NCBI GenBank assembly: GCA_030141605.1
Contig: JAQGDQ010000216.1
Location: forward strand, 124,001-188,000
Direction: 5' to 3'
Origin: Tubiluchus corallicola
Taxonomy: Eukaryota; Animalia; Priapulida
DNA length: 64,000 bases
The position numbers and the translations under genes are program-made. This document shows, in pieces, positions 39,195-49,391 of the stretch. Under the pieces are notes generated by a model. That model was not told the DNA's origin. It saw nothing but the letters and a program-made list of their open reading frames with translations, and searched no databases. Numbering within the stretch: position 1 is the stretch's first letter; the number at the start of each line of letters is the position of its first letter.

Positions 39195-40241
39195 GTGGAT
39201 ATGCAGGGCTTAATACAGCGTTTGAAAAGTATTCGAAAGCAAAGCTATCTTAAGCGGAGCTTTAATAAGAAGTATGCTTTTATTGGTATAGGTAGTCACA
39301 GTATAGGCAACCTTTATCCTGTGATTAACTATTTAAGGGCTGAGCTAAAATATATCGTAACCAAAAGTGCTAAAAATGCAGAAACTATTGATTGCTATTT
39401 TCCCAATACTATTGGTACTAATAGCCTCGATACTGTTTTGAATGATCCTGAAATAGGAGGAATTTTTATATGTGCTAGCCCTGAATCACATTATCATTTA
39501 ACTAAGAAAGTGCTTTCAGCCGGGAAAAATGTATTTGTTGAAAAACCGCCTTGTATGACAGTTGAGGAGTTACATAGTTTAATAGAGGTTGAAAGCGGTT
39601 CTGATGGGATATGTATGGTGGGACTACAGAAGCGATATGCTCCCATTAACCAGGTGTTTAATAAAAAAAGCCTCTGTCCGCGTAGCTACAATTACAAATT
39701 CTTAACAGGTGCATACCCTGAGGGAAACCCTTTTATGGATATTTTTATTCACCCTGTAGATTTGGTAAACTTTCTGTTTGGAGGCGCAAGCATCTCTTCT
39801 GTTATAAAGAAAAAAGGCAGTGGTTCCATTACATCTTTTATACATCTGGTACATAAAAGTGGGGTGGTTGGCTCTCTTGAACTATCGACAGCGTATTCGT
39901 GGCAAAACTGCCTGGAGGAGATCACAGTAAATACTAAAAAAGGGATATACAGGGCAGTAAATACGGAAGAGTTGACATTTGAACCAAAGTCAGGGCAGAT
40001 ATTGAATATCCCTACTGAAAAAATATTTGGAAGGCCAAATAGATCTACAGCAATATTTTCGAAAAACAGGTTTAACCCGATTATTGAAAATAACAGAGTA
40101 TACAGCTCTGGATACTTTTCTGAAATTAAAAGCTTTATAGATATTTGTGAAAGTTCTGGGACGGTTAACTATTCTTCGCTATCATCGTGTGTAAATACAT
40201 ACAATACGTTGTTAGCAATAGAAAATGAAGATTATGTATAG
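39195..40241 (+). CDS. Gfo/Idh/MocA-family oxidoreductase
   Basis: AFIGIGSH, H..L....L.AGKNVFVEKP, GLQKRYAP, DIFIHPVD. Confidence 0.88.
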   Translation: MDMQGLIQRLKSIRKQSYLKRSFNKKYAFIGIGSHSIGNLYPVINYLRAELKYIVTKSAKNAETIDCYFPNTIGTNSLDTVLNDPEIGGIFICASPESHYHLTKKVLSAGKNVFVEKPPCMTVEELHSLIEVESGSDGICMVGLQKRYAPINQVFNKKSLCPRSYNYKFLTGAYPEGNPFMDIFIHPVDLVNFLFGGASISSVIKKKGSGSITSFIHLVHKSGVVGSLELSTAYSWQNCLEEITVNTKKGIYRAVNTEELTFEPKSGQILNIPTEKIFGRPNRSTAIFSKNRFNPIIENNRVYSSGYFSEIKSFIDICESSGTVNYSSLSSCVNTYNTLLAIENEDYV

Positions 40242-41454
40242 TGGTGCTGACTACCTTACCAGGGGCTTAAGATTTGTAAACAACATAGCCTTTCCCCATC
40301 GTAAAAAAATATCGTCCTTGATGATTTACGCATCCGAACTTTGTGATTCGGCTTGCAAGCACTGTCTGATATGGACAAAGCGCCCTGCAAAACATATCCC
40401 ATATGAAAAGATTGTGGAGGTTATGCAGAGCAGGTGTGTGGGCAAAAGCACCACTGTGGGGCTGGAGGGGGGAGAGTTCTTGCTGCATCCGGAGGCTGGC
40501 AAAATACTGAAATGGTTTTCAAAAAACCATCCTCGATTTGATATCCTATCAAACTGTCTGGCAGCAGATAATGTGATAGGGGCTGTAAAGAGATATCCTC
40601 CCATGCGCCTGTACCTCTCTTTGGATGGGAATAGAGACACATATAAATATATGAGGGGGAAAGATGGTTATGATAGCGTGTTGAAAGTGATAGAGGAGTG
40701 CAAGGACACTGTTCCTGTCTCTGTAATGTTCACACTCTCCCCCTATAACGACTTTGATGATCTTGCTCATGTGGCAGAAATATGTAAGCACTACGGAGTA
40801 GATATAAGGGTAGGAATCTATAACGATATTGATCTTTTTGATACTGTTGATAAAGCACATGAAACTAGAATTGGTGACTTAAAAACCACCACTCGACTAA
40901 ACTATAAAGAGGCAAAGACAAAGTTAAAAAAGAAGGCAGAGGAAAGACAATCAGCTTTTGACGAATTTCTATGTTGTGCAAAAGAGTCTTCCGGTAATGG
41001 AGAAGAGCCTGGTCAGTGTTTAAGCTTTCAGAAGCTTATTCCCAAGTCAATCAGAGATACCAGTGAAAACTTTGACTTTCTGTTACTATATGATGAGTGG
41101 CGAAAAAAACATATTAGCCTGAGGTGCTACAGTATACTGGATAGCCTTGTTATTCATCCTGATGGAGCTATTCCCATTTGTCAGAACCTGGGAGTGAAGC
41201 TTGGAAATATATTTGATAATACTTTGGATGAAATTTTCAACTCCGCCAACTCGCATAAAATGCAGAGTCAACATGTCAAAAACTGCAATAAGTGCTGGAT
41301 AAATTTCCACAGGAAATACGATATAGTTATGTTGAGAACACTTGAAAAGTTCCTCCCCAAAAAAGTAATCGAGTTTGTTTACGGAGAGTATCACTGGAGT
41401 AGTGACAAAAAAATGAGCTATAAAAATTATATGAAAAGTCACGACTGCAAATAG
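40225..41454 (+). CDS. Radical SAM/SPASM(Twitch) protein
   Basis: CDSACKHC, EGGEFLLHP, LSLDG, C-terminal C...IHPDG.IPIC...LGN...CNKCWINFH; overlaps the upstream gene. Confidence 0.9.
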   Translation: MKIMYSGADYLTRGLRFVNNIAFPHRKKISSLMIYASELCDSACKHCLIWTKRPAKHIPYEKIVEVMQSRCVGKSTTVGLEGGEFLLHPEAGKILKWFSKNHPRFDILSNCLAADNVIGAVKRYPPMRLYLSLDGNRDTYKYMRGKDGYDSVLKVIEECKDTVPVSVMFTLSPYNDFDDLAHVAEICKHYGVDIRVGIYNDIDLFDTVDKAHETRIGDLKTTTRLNYKEAKTKLKKKAEERQSAFDEFLCCAKESSGNGEEPGQCLSFQKLIPKSIRDTSENFDFLLLYDEWRKKHISLRCYSILDSLVIHPDGAIPICQNLGVKLGNIFDNTLDEIFNSANSHKMQSQHVKNCNKCWINFHRKYDIVMLRTLEKFLPKKVIEFVYGEYHWSSDKKMSYKNYMKSHDCK

Positions 41455-41464
41455 AGAGACTGTT

Positions 41465-41607
41465 TTAGACTTTTGTAAGGAGAAGTATTTGGTTCAGGCT
41501 GAGGAAAAATTAGATAAAAATGTAGTATTACAGCGTAAATTAGGATGTTGAAGAAAAGGATTTTGACAAAAATAGTAGTAGAAAAGTGAGCTTTACGAAA
41601 GGTATCA
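41465..41607 (+). repeat. Dispersed palindromic MITE-like element, copy 12
   Basis: TTAGACTTTTGTAAGG...TATTTGGTTCAGGCTGAGG...GATTTTGACAAAAATAG...GAGCTTTACGAAAGGTATCA. Confidence 0.82.
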
Positions 41608-42717
41608 TACTGATATATAGCGGTCACGTGCTATTATTTTCCAATTTTTAGTTATTTGTCCTGATTCTGCAATCAAAGCTTCGCTGTAGAGTGCGCTGGT
41701 GGGGCAAATGTGGAATGGTACTCCATAAAAAATACTTCCCACTTCATATACTGAACTGTCAGGTACCTTTACCACAAGGTGCTCTTCACTTTGCCTCACT
41801 GGTATGGCATCAGGATTGTTTAAGAACACTACTCTGGGTAACGGAGTTTCTGCCGCAATAGCTTTATGTCCTAAGTCAAGACATAAATGATTTCCATTGA
41901 TAATTGATACCACCCGTGCCACCACTAATGCAGCGTAAACAAATCCGGATTCCCTATACTTATTACCGTATCTGTAATCCCACAGTACAGTAGTGCCGGG
42001 ACTACATATTGCATCGGGACTACATATGTGAACAGGAAATGTTGGTGAGCCACCAGCCACAAGCTCCACGTCACGCCCGAGACTGTTTTTGGTATGCTCT
42101 TTAAGTGAATACACCTCTTTAAAAGCATTATTGCATGCTTTTGTGCGCTCTTTAAGCGAAGGCATGTTTATATGTCCGTCATACGCATGAAGCCCTTTTA
42201 TGGCTATCCCTGGCAGTTCATTACACTTGCAAATAAGCGAACGTGCCTCACTCCCGGGTTTAATCCCACTTCTGTCCATGCCTACATTCAGGTCGATATA
42301 AACCTCTATTGCTCTCCCTGCCTCATAAAAAAGGTAGGAGAGGAGCTTCGCTGTTTTAAGGTTGTCTGTAAGCGTTGTAAACTTTGTCCCGGGGTATTTC
42401 AGAGATAACTGCAAAAGGCGGGACACTTTGGTATCTGTAGGCTGAAATGCAATAAAGGCCTCATTTGCACCTGACATCCCTACCATCTCTGCTTCTGCTA
42501 TGGTAGCGCATTTAAATCTCTTTATCCCCTCTTCAATTTGCAGCTCTACAATCTCCTTAATCTTATGGCTTTTAACGTGGGGCATAAGCTTGTGAGGACC
42601 CTCTGCGAGGCTAATCATACGGCGTATATTCTTGACAACGGCTCTCCTATATATAACTAACGAGGGGGTATCAATACTTACTTCATTGCTTAGCTTATAC
42701 TTGCTTTCAAATGACAT
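41605..42717 (-). CDS. D-threonine aldolase/D-serine dehydratase family PLP enzyme
   Basis: TPSL, PHVKSHK, KCATIAEAEM, GLHAYDGH, DLGHKAIA, QSEEH, HICPT. Confidence 0.92.
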   Translation of the reverse strand: MSFESKYKLSNEVSIDTPSLVIYRRAVVKNIRRMISLAEGPHKLMPHVKSHKIKEIVELQIEEGIKRFKCATIAEAEMVGMSGANEAFIAFQPTDTKVSRLLQLSLKYPGTKFTTLTDNLKTAKLLSYLFYEAGRAIEVYIDLNVGMDRSGIKPGSEARSLICKCNELPGIAIKGLHAYDGHINMPSLKERTKACNNAFKEVYSLKEHTKNSLGRDVELVAGGSPTFPVHICSPDAICSPGTTVLWDYRYGNKYRESGFVYAALVVARVVSIINGNHLCLDLGHKAIAAETPLPRVVFLNNPDAIPVRQSEEHLVVKVPDSSVYEVGSIFYGVPFHICPTSALYSEALIAESGQITKNWKIIARDRYISV

Positions 42718-42729
42718 TTATACACGTTC

Positions 42730-43554
42730 CTATGGGTGGCTTATAATATTAGGTCTGGGGGATTGTTTTACGTCAATATTTTTTATTATGCTACCTGTAG
42801 CTCCGCATGGGCCTTCAACCGTTGCCTCAATAATTCCATCACTAATCCAGTCTACCTCAATATAGTTGAACCCATCGCCTCCATTAATAATATTGGCATT
42901 GGTAGCCCTCCAGCTATAGCTTTCATAGGTGCCCTCTAGTTCATATCTGACAGTCTCTCCAACACAAGCCTCTGATTGAGATGTAATAAGCTTGGGTGAA
43001 AGAGAAGGTGGAGTACCCACAACTTTTATGTTGTCAAGCCTTGCCCACTGTGAAGATGATGGCCAGGCTTCTTTCCACTTTGTAGATAGCATGCAAACTA
43101 TCTTAATACTAAGAACCGAACCTTCAGGAAGAACAGGGGAAACTATCAGCTCGCTACCCCAAGGGGGCTTTAATTTCCTATACATAACATACTTTCTCCC
43201 GTCAACAGAGTAGTAAAATTTGATTTTGCTGGAGTTCCTGTCAAACAGTCTATTCATATATGCATTTAAACTTATGGAGACATCAGAGTGGCATGAGATA
43301 TCAATATCTTCACTTATCCATGTACTATTTTGAACATGCCGCCTGTACTTTTTTTTGACAATTACCTTACCAATAACATGCAGTTCTCCTGAGTAGACGA
43401 CCATTGTGCCACTTTTGGTACTAATTCCGGGCGGAACATCGCCATCATTGTAGCTATTAAAGTTCTCTTCCCATATATCAGTTTGTTGCCCAAATAGATA
43501 ATGTGTGGAGAGAAGTAGTGTTAATAGCAATAAAGCTCTGAGTGAATATTTCAT
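42730..43554 (-). CDS. Secreted hypothetical protein with a jelly-roll-like and a PKD/Ig-like domain
   Basis: Signal peptide; WEENF, W.SEDIDIS, YYSVDG, LDNIKV.G; SYSW...NANIING.G...IEVDW. Confidence 0.65.
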   Translation of the reverse strand: MKYSLRALLLLTLLLSTHYLFGQQTDIWEENFNSYNDGDVPPGISTKSGTMVVYSGELHVIGKVIVKKKYRRHVQNSTWISEDIDISCHSDVSISLNAYMNRLFDRNSSKIKFYYSVDGRKYVMYRKLKPPWGSELIVSPVLPEGSVLSIKIVCMLSTKWKEAWPSSSQWARLDNIKVVGTPPSLSPKLITSQSEACVGETVRYELEGTYESYSWRATNANIINGGDGFNYIEVDWISDGIIEATVEGPCGATGSIIKNIDVKQSPRPNIISHP

Positions 43555-43712
43555 ATCAATAGTAAAGCTTAGGTTTTTTTATCTTTGGTTTTGTTATTTT
43601 GTTCTACATGTTGATGTTTACTTAAAACGCTTATCTCCCCTTACTTGTTGTAGGTTTGTAGTAAATTATTTGCAACTTTATACATAAATAGGTGCTTTTA
43701 TCACTTGGAGTC

Positions 43713-43834
43713 ACTATCTTTTCGAACTCCATTTTTGCCAAAACTTCTTTTCAGTACCCTCGCTTATGCCTGTACACTGTGATTTTTGTTAAGTTTTTTC
43801 AATACGAGCCAGAGTTTTTCTTTGTAATTGTCTA
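43713..43834 (-). repeat. Dispersed MITE-like element, decayed copy 13
   Basis: TTTTTGCCAAAACTTCTTTTCAGTACCCTCGCTTAT...CTGTGATTTTT...CTTTGTAATTGTCTA. Confidence 0.55.
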
Positions 43835-43946
43835 TGATGGGTGACTTAATCTCAGTCTTTTATAAATCAAATTTTTATATCATTTCCGAAAAAGCTATTT
43901 TCGCAGAGTTTTGGAGATATATAATTTTAAGTAAAAAAGACGGACG

Positions 43947-45479
43947 ATGGCATATGTAAAAAAAGCGCTGCTGATGATACTTGATGGCTGGGGTATTGGC
44001 AATAAAGGGGTTTCGGATGTTATTTCGAGTACACCTACTCCTTTTATGGATCATTTATGGAAAAATTATCCCCACAGCCAATTGCTCACTTCTGGTGAAA
44101 ATGTAGGGTTACCTGACGGACAGATGGGGAACTCGGAGGTGGGGCATTTGAATATTGGTGCGGGAAGAGTTGTTTATCAAGATCTTGTGAGAATAAATAA
44201 AGCTATACAGGATAAATCACTTTGGGACAATACGCAAATACTGAAAGCGTGCAACTATGCTAAAAAGAGTAATAAGCAAGTACACTTGATAGGGCTGGTG
44301 GGCGATGGGGGAGTACATGCCCTGAGCTTTCACATGCACGCCTTGGCAAAAGTAGCTACTGATATGGGGCTGGAAAGGGTGTTTGTTCATGGGCTTACTG
44401 ACGGAAGAGATACAGATCCGCGTTCAGGGTATGATTTTGTAAAGAAGGATATAGAGGCATTAAAACAGACAAATGCGAGAATTGCTTCAATAGTAGGGCG
44501 TTATTATGGAATGGATAGGGACAACAACTGGAACAGGATAAAGCTCGCCTACGATCTCTACACTAAAGGAAAAGGAAAGAAGACAGAAAGTTTATTAGAT
44601 GCAATTGAGGAGTCGTATAATGAAGGTGTAACAGATGAGTTTATAAAACCGATAGTTGTAACGAATAGTTTGGGGGAGCCGCTGACGACAATAAAAGAGG
44701 GAGATGTGGTAATATGCTTTAACTATCGCACTGACCGTTTACGTCAGATGACAATTGCATTTACGCAGGAAGAGCACCATGAGGAGAATATGCATACTAT
44801 GCCTTTGGAGTGGTATACAATGACTTGCTATAATGCAAATTTTAAAGGTGTAGGTGCTATTTTTGATAAGGAAAATGTAGCAAATACGATAGGAGAAGTA
44901 GTTTCCAAGGCAGGGTTAAATCAGATACGTATTGCCGAGACGGAAAAATTTGCTCATGTTACTTTTTTCTTCTCAGGGGGGCGTGAAGCTGAATTTAAAG
45001 GGGAAAAAAGAATTCTTATCCCATCTCCTAAGGTTGCGACTTATGATCTAAAGCCGGAAATGTCGGCGCCTGAAGTAAAAGAGGCTGTTATTACTGAGCT
45101 AAATGCTAATTCGGCTGAATTTATATGCCTGAATTTTGCAAATGGGGATATGGTTGGGCATACCGGAATCTACTCCGCAATTGAGGCTGCTGTAAAAGTT
45201 ATTGACCGGTGTGTTAAGGATGTTGTTGAGGCAGCCCGTGCCAACGATTATGATGTGATAATTATTGCTGATCATGGTAATGCTGATAATGCTGTGAATC
45301 CTGATGGTAGCGAAAATACAGCCCATTCGCTAAATCCTGTACCGTTCATATGGGTAGCCGATAATAGGGAACAGCGGGTTAGCAACGGTATTTTGGCAGA
45401 TGTTGCTCCAACTCTATTGTCTATAATGGGGCTTGAAATTCCCAAAGAGATGAAAGGGAAAATACTTATTAATAATTAA
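43947..45479 (+). CDS. gpmI: 2,3-bisphosphoglycerate-independent phosphoglycerate mutase
   Basis: [45 protein letters not shown]. Confidence 0.98.
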   Translation: MAYVKKALLMILDGWGIGNKGVSDVISSTPTPFMDHLWKNYPHSQLLTSGENVGLPDGQMGNSEVGHLNIGAGRVVYQDLVRINKAIQDKSLWDNTQILKACNYAKKSNKQVHLIGLVGDGGVHALSFHMHALAKVATDMGLERVFVHGLTDGRDTDPRSGYDFVKKDIEALKQTNARIASIVGRYYGMDRDNNWNRIKLAYDLYTKGKGKKTESLLDAIEESYNEGVTDEFIKPIVVTNSLGEPLTTIKEGDVVICFNYRTDRLRQMTIAFTQEEHHEENMHTMPLEWYTMTCYNANFKGVGAIFDKENVANTIGEVVSKAGLNQIRIAETEKFAHVTFFFSGGREAEFKGEKRILIPSPKVATYDLKPEMSAPEVKEAVITELNANSAEFICLNFANGDMVGHTGIYSAIEAAVKVIDRCVKDVVEAARANDYDVIIIADHGNADNAVNPDGSENTAHSLNPVPFIWVADNREQRVSNGILADVAPTLLSIMGLEIPKEMKGKILINN

Positions 45480-45511
45480 AGAGTTCCCGGACGGATATTT
45501 AGAGTGAACAG

Positions 45512-46087
45512 GTGTTAGAGATAGGCAAAACATTGTTGAGCATAGATATTCTGGAGAAGGAATTCTGTTGTACTCTTTTTGATTGTAAAGGAGTGTGTTG
45601 TGTAGAGGGCGACTCTGGAGCGCCCATAACCGAAGAGGAGGCTGGCATTATTGAAAAGATATTTCCTGCTATAGTGCCATATCTTTCTGAGCAGAATCGT
45701 GAAGAGATATCTAATCAGGGATTTTCGCTGACAGATAGTGATGGAGATTTGGTGACCCCTACAATTGGGGGCAAAGATTGCGTATACTCTTTTAGAGATG
45801 AAAGAGGGGTTACGAGATGTGCTATAGAAAAAGCATTTGTCGAGGGGGAAACGGAGTTTATAAAGCCAGTGTCATGTCATTTATTCCCGATAAGAATAAC
45901 TGAATATAAAAGTTTTGACGCTGTTAACTATCAACAGTTGGATATATGTAAGCCTGGACGTATTTGTGGACAGAAAAAGGGAGTGCAGCTGTGGAAGTTC
46001 TTAAAAGAGCCACTTATACGCAAGTATGGTAAAGAGTGGTATTGTGAATTGAAAAAAGCTGCAATGCTTTATAATAAGAGGGATTAG
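45512..46087 (+). CDS. DUF3109 family protein
   Basis: FCC...CKG.CCVEGDSGAP, CAIE, KPVSCHLFPIR. Confidence 0.9.
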   Translation: MLEIGKTLLSIDILEKEFCCTLFDCKGVCCVEGDSGAPITEEEAGIIEKIFPAIVPYLSEQNREEISNQGFSLTDSDGDLVTPTIGGKDCVYSFRDERGVTRCAIEKAFVEGETEFIKPVSCHLFPIRITEYKSFDAVNYQQLDICKPGRICGQKKGVQLWKFLKEPLIRKYGKEWYCELKKAAMLYNKRD

Positions 46088-46226
46088 CAAAGCTTGTACT
46101 TGTTCGAGCAAAAGGAACACCAAGCCGTGCTTTACAAGTCAACCATAGGAACATAGTCTTATAGTTGGATGCCCCCGACGATTTAATCAATGGGTTTGAA
46201 ATTTATTTTTAATTTGCATCTGATTT

Positions 46227-46359
46227 TAAGTACTTGCAAGTTTTGAGTCAGATTAAGGAAAAACTTGATGAAAAATCGCAATCTATTGATGCAAGTAAAG
46301 ATTTTGAAAAGAGGTTTGATAAAAATGTTAATAAAAAGATAGGCTTTGCAAACGCCTCG
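46227..46359 (+). repeat. Dispersed palindromic MITE-like element, copy 14
   Basis: CAGATTAAGGAAAAACTTGATGAAAAATCGCA...TTAATAAAAAGATAGGCTTTGCAAACGCCTCG. Confidence 0.82.
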
Positions 46360-46407
46360 ATTTATAATAAACAGTTTGGAGGTAGAACTTACTATACATA
46401 ATTTGTA

Positions 46408-47034
46408 ATGAAATTTTCGCTAAACAAAAAAGGTAATAAAGGGTACAGTAAAATAGAGCATTATGATAGTGACAGCACAACAGAGCTCGCTTCCAGATAT
46501 AAAGACATATTGGGATTGATAGGAGAAGATACTGACCGGGAGGGGTTAAAGCAGACGCCACTTCGTGCGGCTAAAGCTATTCAATTTCTCACACAGGGGT
46601 ACAGTATGGAGCCTGATGAGATATTGAGATCGGCCAAGTTTAAGGAAGAGTGCAGTCAGATGGTTATTATTAAAGATATTGAGTTGTTCTCTATGTGCGA
46701 ACACCATATGCTTCCATTTTTTGGGAAGGTACACGTTGCATATATTTCCAACGGGTATATAACGGGGCTGAGCAAGATTGCACGTATAGTGGAGGCTTAT
46801 TCTCGCCGGTTACAGGTGCAGGAGAGGCTTACAACACAGATAAAAGAGTGTGTTGTACGTGCTCTGAGTCCACTTGGTGTAGCGGTTATTATCGAAGCTA
46901 AGCACATGTGTATGACAATGAGAGGGGTGGAAAAGCAAAATTCTGTAACCACAACTTCTGATTTTACAGGAGCTTTTGAAAAAAAAGCTACTCGTGAGGA
47001 GTTTATACGTCTTACGAGCTCGAGCCTTTTATAA
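46408..47034 (+). CDS. folE: GTP cyclohydrolase I
   Basis: [39 protein letters not shown]. Confidence 0.97.
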   Translation: MKFSLNKKGNKGYSKIEHYDSDSTTELASRYKDILGLIGEDTDREGLKQTPLRAAKAIQFLTQGYSMEPDEILRSAKFKEECSQMVIIKDIELFSMCEHHMLPFFGKVHVAYISNGYITGLSKIARIVEAYSRRLQVQERLTTQIKECVVRALSPLGVAVIIEAKHMCMTMRGVEKQNSVTTTSDFTGAFEKKATREEFIRLTSSSLL

Positions 47035-47075
47035 GGGCATTGTTCTGTATTCCATATTTCTTTGAGGTTACATTA

Positions 47076-47205
47076 TGAGATCTTTGCAAAACCTATTTTT
47101 TGTTGTTTTCATCAAAACTTTCATTATATGCCAGCAAGCTGCGGTTACTCATCGATTTTTTCTTAACCGAACTAAACCAAAATATTTTGCCTTGCGAAGG
47201 GCTTA
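47076..47205 (-). repeat. Dispersed palindromic MITE-like element, copy 15
   Basis: TGAGATCTTTGCAAAAC...CAGCAAGCTGCGGT...CATCGA...CTAAACCAAAATATTTTGCCTTGCGAAGGGCTTA. Confidence 0.88.
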
Positions 47206-47293
47206 TTATTTAAATGAAATAGATTAGGGAAGTATTTCTATTTGGAAGATAATACCTACTTTTAATGTTTCCTTTTAATAAGAGTTTTGCAAT

Positions 47294-48322
47294 ATGAATA
47301 AACAGGTTTTGGTTACAGGAGGAACGGGTTATATTGGTTCACATACTGTTGTAGAGCTACAGGAGTCAGGTTTTAACGTTATTATTATTGATGACCTGTC
47401 CAACTCGACTGCGGAGGTTGTAGATAATATTGAAAAGATAACAGGTATACGACCTGTTTTTGAGCAGTTTAATCTTCAGGATACCGCTAGGTTGAACAAT
47501 TTTTTTAAACGTTATGACCGTATTGATACCGTCATACATTTTGCAGCCAGCAAAGCGGTAGAAGAGTCGATAGATAAACCATTATTGTATTATCGTAATA
47601 ATATTGTTTCCCTTATAAACTTGATGGATTGCATATCTGCCTATGATGTGCCTAATATGGTATTCTCTTCCTCGTGTACCGTTTATGGTCAGCCTGAGCA
47701 ACTGCCTGTTGATGAGTGTACTCCGCGTAAGGAGGCAGAGTCTCCTTATGGAAATACTAAAGCAATATGCGAAGATGTTATTAGGGATGCGGTGAGGGCA
47801 AATAGTAGAGTGGGGGCTGTGTCTCTACGTTATTTCAACCCCATAGGTGCTCATCCTTCTGCTTTGATAGGCGAATTGCCACGGGGAGTTCCTAGCAACC
47901 TTGTCCCTTTTATTATGCAGTCGGCATCAGGTGTGAGGGGACGGCTGAGTGTTTTTGGGGACGATTACAAGACACCGGATGGTAGCTGTATACGTGATTT
48001 TATAAATGTTGTTGACCTTGCCAAGGCACATGTGGCAGCTATTGGTTATCTGCAAAAACAGACTGATAGAGAGAGGTATGAGCCTTTTAATGTGGGTACA
48101 GGCAGCGGAGTTTCTGTGTTGGAGTTGGTAAATAGGTTTGAAGAGGTATCAGGTATTAAGTTGGATTATAAGGTTGTGGGAAGACGTGCTGGAGATATTG
48201 AAAAGATATTTGCAGATACACGGAGAGCAAATGAGGTATTAGGCTGGAAAGCAGATACTCCATTGGAAGAGACCTTGTTGTCTGCGTGGGCATGGGAAAA
48301 AAATATCAGAAATATAAAATAA
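47294..48322 (+). CDS. galE: UDP-glucose 4-epimerase
   Basis: TGGTGYIGSH, FSSS, SPYGNTK, LRYFNPIGAH, DGSCIRD. Confidence 0.95.
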   Translation: MNKQVLVTGGTGYIGSHTVVELQESGFNVIIIDDLSNSTAEVVDNIEKITGIRPVFEQFNLQDTARLNNFFKRYDRIDTVIHFAASKAVEESIDKPLLYYRNNIVSLINLMDCISAYDVPNMVFSSSCTVYGQPEQLPVDECTPRKEAESPYGNTKAICEDVIRDAVRANSRVGAVSLRYFNPIGAHPSALIGELPRGVPSNLVPFIMQSASGVRGRLSVFGDDYKTPDGSCIRDFINVVDLAKAHVAAIGYLQKQTDRERYEPFNVGTGSGVSVLELVNRFEEVSGIKLDYKVVGRRAGDIEKIFADTRRANEVLGWKADTPLEETLLSAWAWEKNIRNIK

Positions 48323-48329
48323 AGAGCGT

Positions 48330-49385
48330 GTGAAAAAAAGCATTTTAATCACAGGAGGAGCCGGTTTTATTGGGTGTCATGTGGTGAGTCGGTTTGTCCC
48401 TTTGTACCCTGACTATAAAATTGTAAATCTTGACGCTCTTACGTATGCTGGGAATCTTGAAAACTTGAAAGGAGTTGAGGGGGAGAGCAACTATATTTTC
48501 GCAAAAGGAGATGTTACAGATAGTGGCTTCATTGATACTCTTTTTGGGCAACATAAGTTTGATGCAGTGATTCATCTTGCTGCTGAGTCACATGTAGACA
48601 GGTCGATGATAGACCCGATGGCTTTTGTAATGACAAATATCGTTGGTACTGTAACCCTGCTGAATGCAGCGCGTAAGCACTGGGGAGGTAGCTACGAAAA
48701 TAAGGTGTTTTATCATGTCTCTACTGACGAGGTGTATGGTTCTTTAGGAGAGACGGGACTTTTTACCGAAAATACGGCATATGATCCCAAAAGCCCTTAT
48801 TCCGCATCGAAAGCAAGCTCCGATCACCTGGTAAGGGCGTACCATAACACTTACGGACTACCTATTGTAATATCAAATTGTTCAAATAATTATGGTCCTA
48901 ATCAATTTCCTGAGAAACTTATCCCCCTTGTGATAAATAATATGGTTAGCAATGTGGATATTCCTGTTTATGGAAATGGAGAGAATGTCAGGGACTGGTT
49001 GTATGTTAAAGATCACGCATCCGCAATAGACACAATTTTTCACAATGGGGTTATTGGTGAAACCTACAATATAGGGGGAGATAGTGAATGGACAAATATT
49101 GCACTTGTCAGAAAGTTGTGTGAGATTATGGATCGGAAAATGGACAAGGAGGATGGAACATTTGCGAAGCTTATCACTTTTGTAAAAGATCGTGCGGGGC
49201 ATGACCTTCGCTATGCTATCGATTCTTCTAAGCTGAAAGATGAGCTTGGCTGGAAACCATCTTTAAGGTTTGAAGAGGGAATTGAGAAGACTGTAGATTG
49301 GTACCTCTCCAATCGGGAGTGGATGAGCAATGTTGTGTCGGGAGAGTATGTAAGATACTATGATCAGCAGTATAAAAAGCGATAA
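48330..49385 (+). CDS. rfbB: dTDP-glucose 4,6-dehydratase
   Basis: TGGAGFIG, LTYAGN, AAESHVDRS, STDEVYG, YSASK, DR.GHD.RYAID. Confidence 0.96.
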   Translation: MKKSILITGGAGFIGCHVVSRFVPLYPDYKIVNLDALTYAGNLENLKGVEGESNYIFAKGDVTDSGFIDTLFGQHKFDAVIHLAAESHVDRSMIDPMAFVMTNIVGTVTLLNAARKHWGGSYENKVFYHVSTDEVYGSLGETGLFTENTAYDPKSPYSASKASSDHLVRAYHNTYGLPIVISNCSNNYGPNQFPEKLIPLVINNMVSNVDIPVYGNGENVRDWLYVKDHASAIDTIFHNGVIGETYNIGGDSEWTNIALVRKLCEIMDRKMDKEDGTFAKLITFVKDRAGHDLRYAIDSSKLKDELGWKPSLRFEEGIEKTVDWYLSNREWMSNVVSGEYVRYYDQQYKKR

Positions 49386-49391
49386 CAACAT

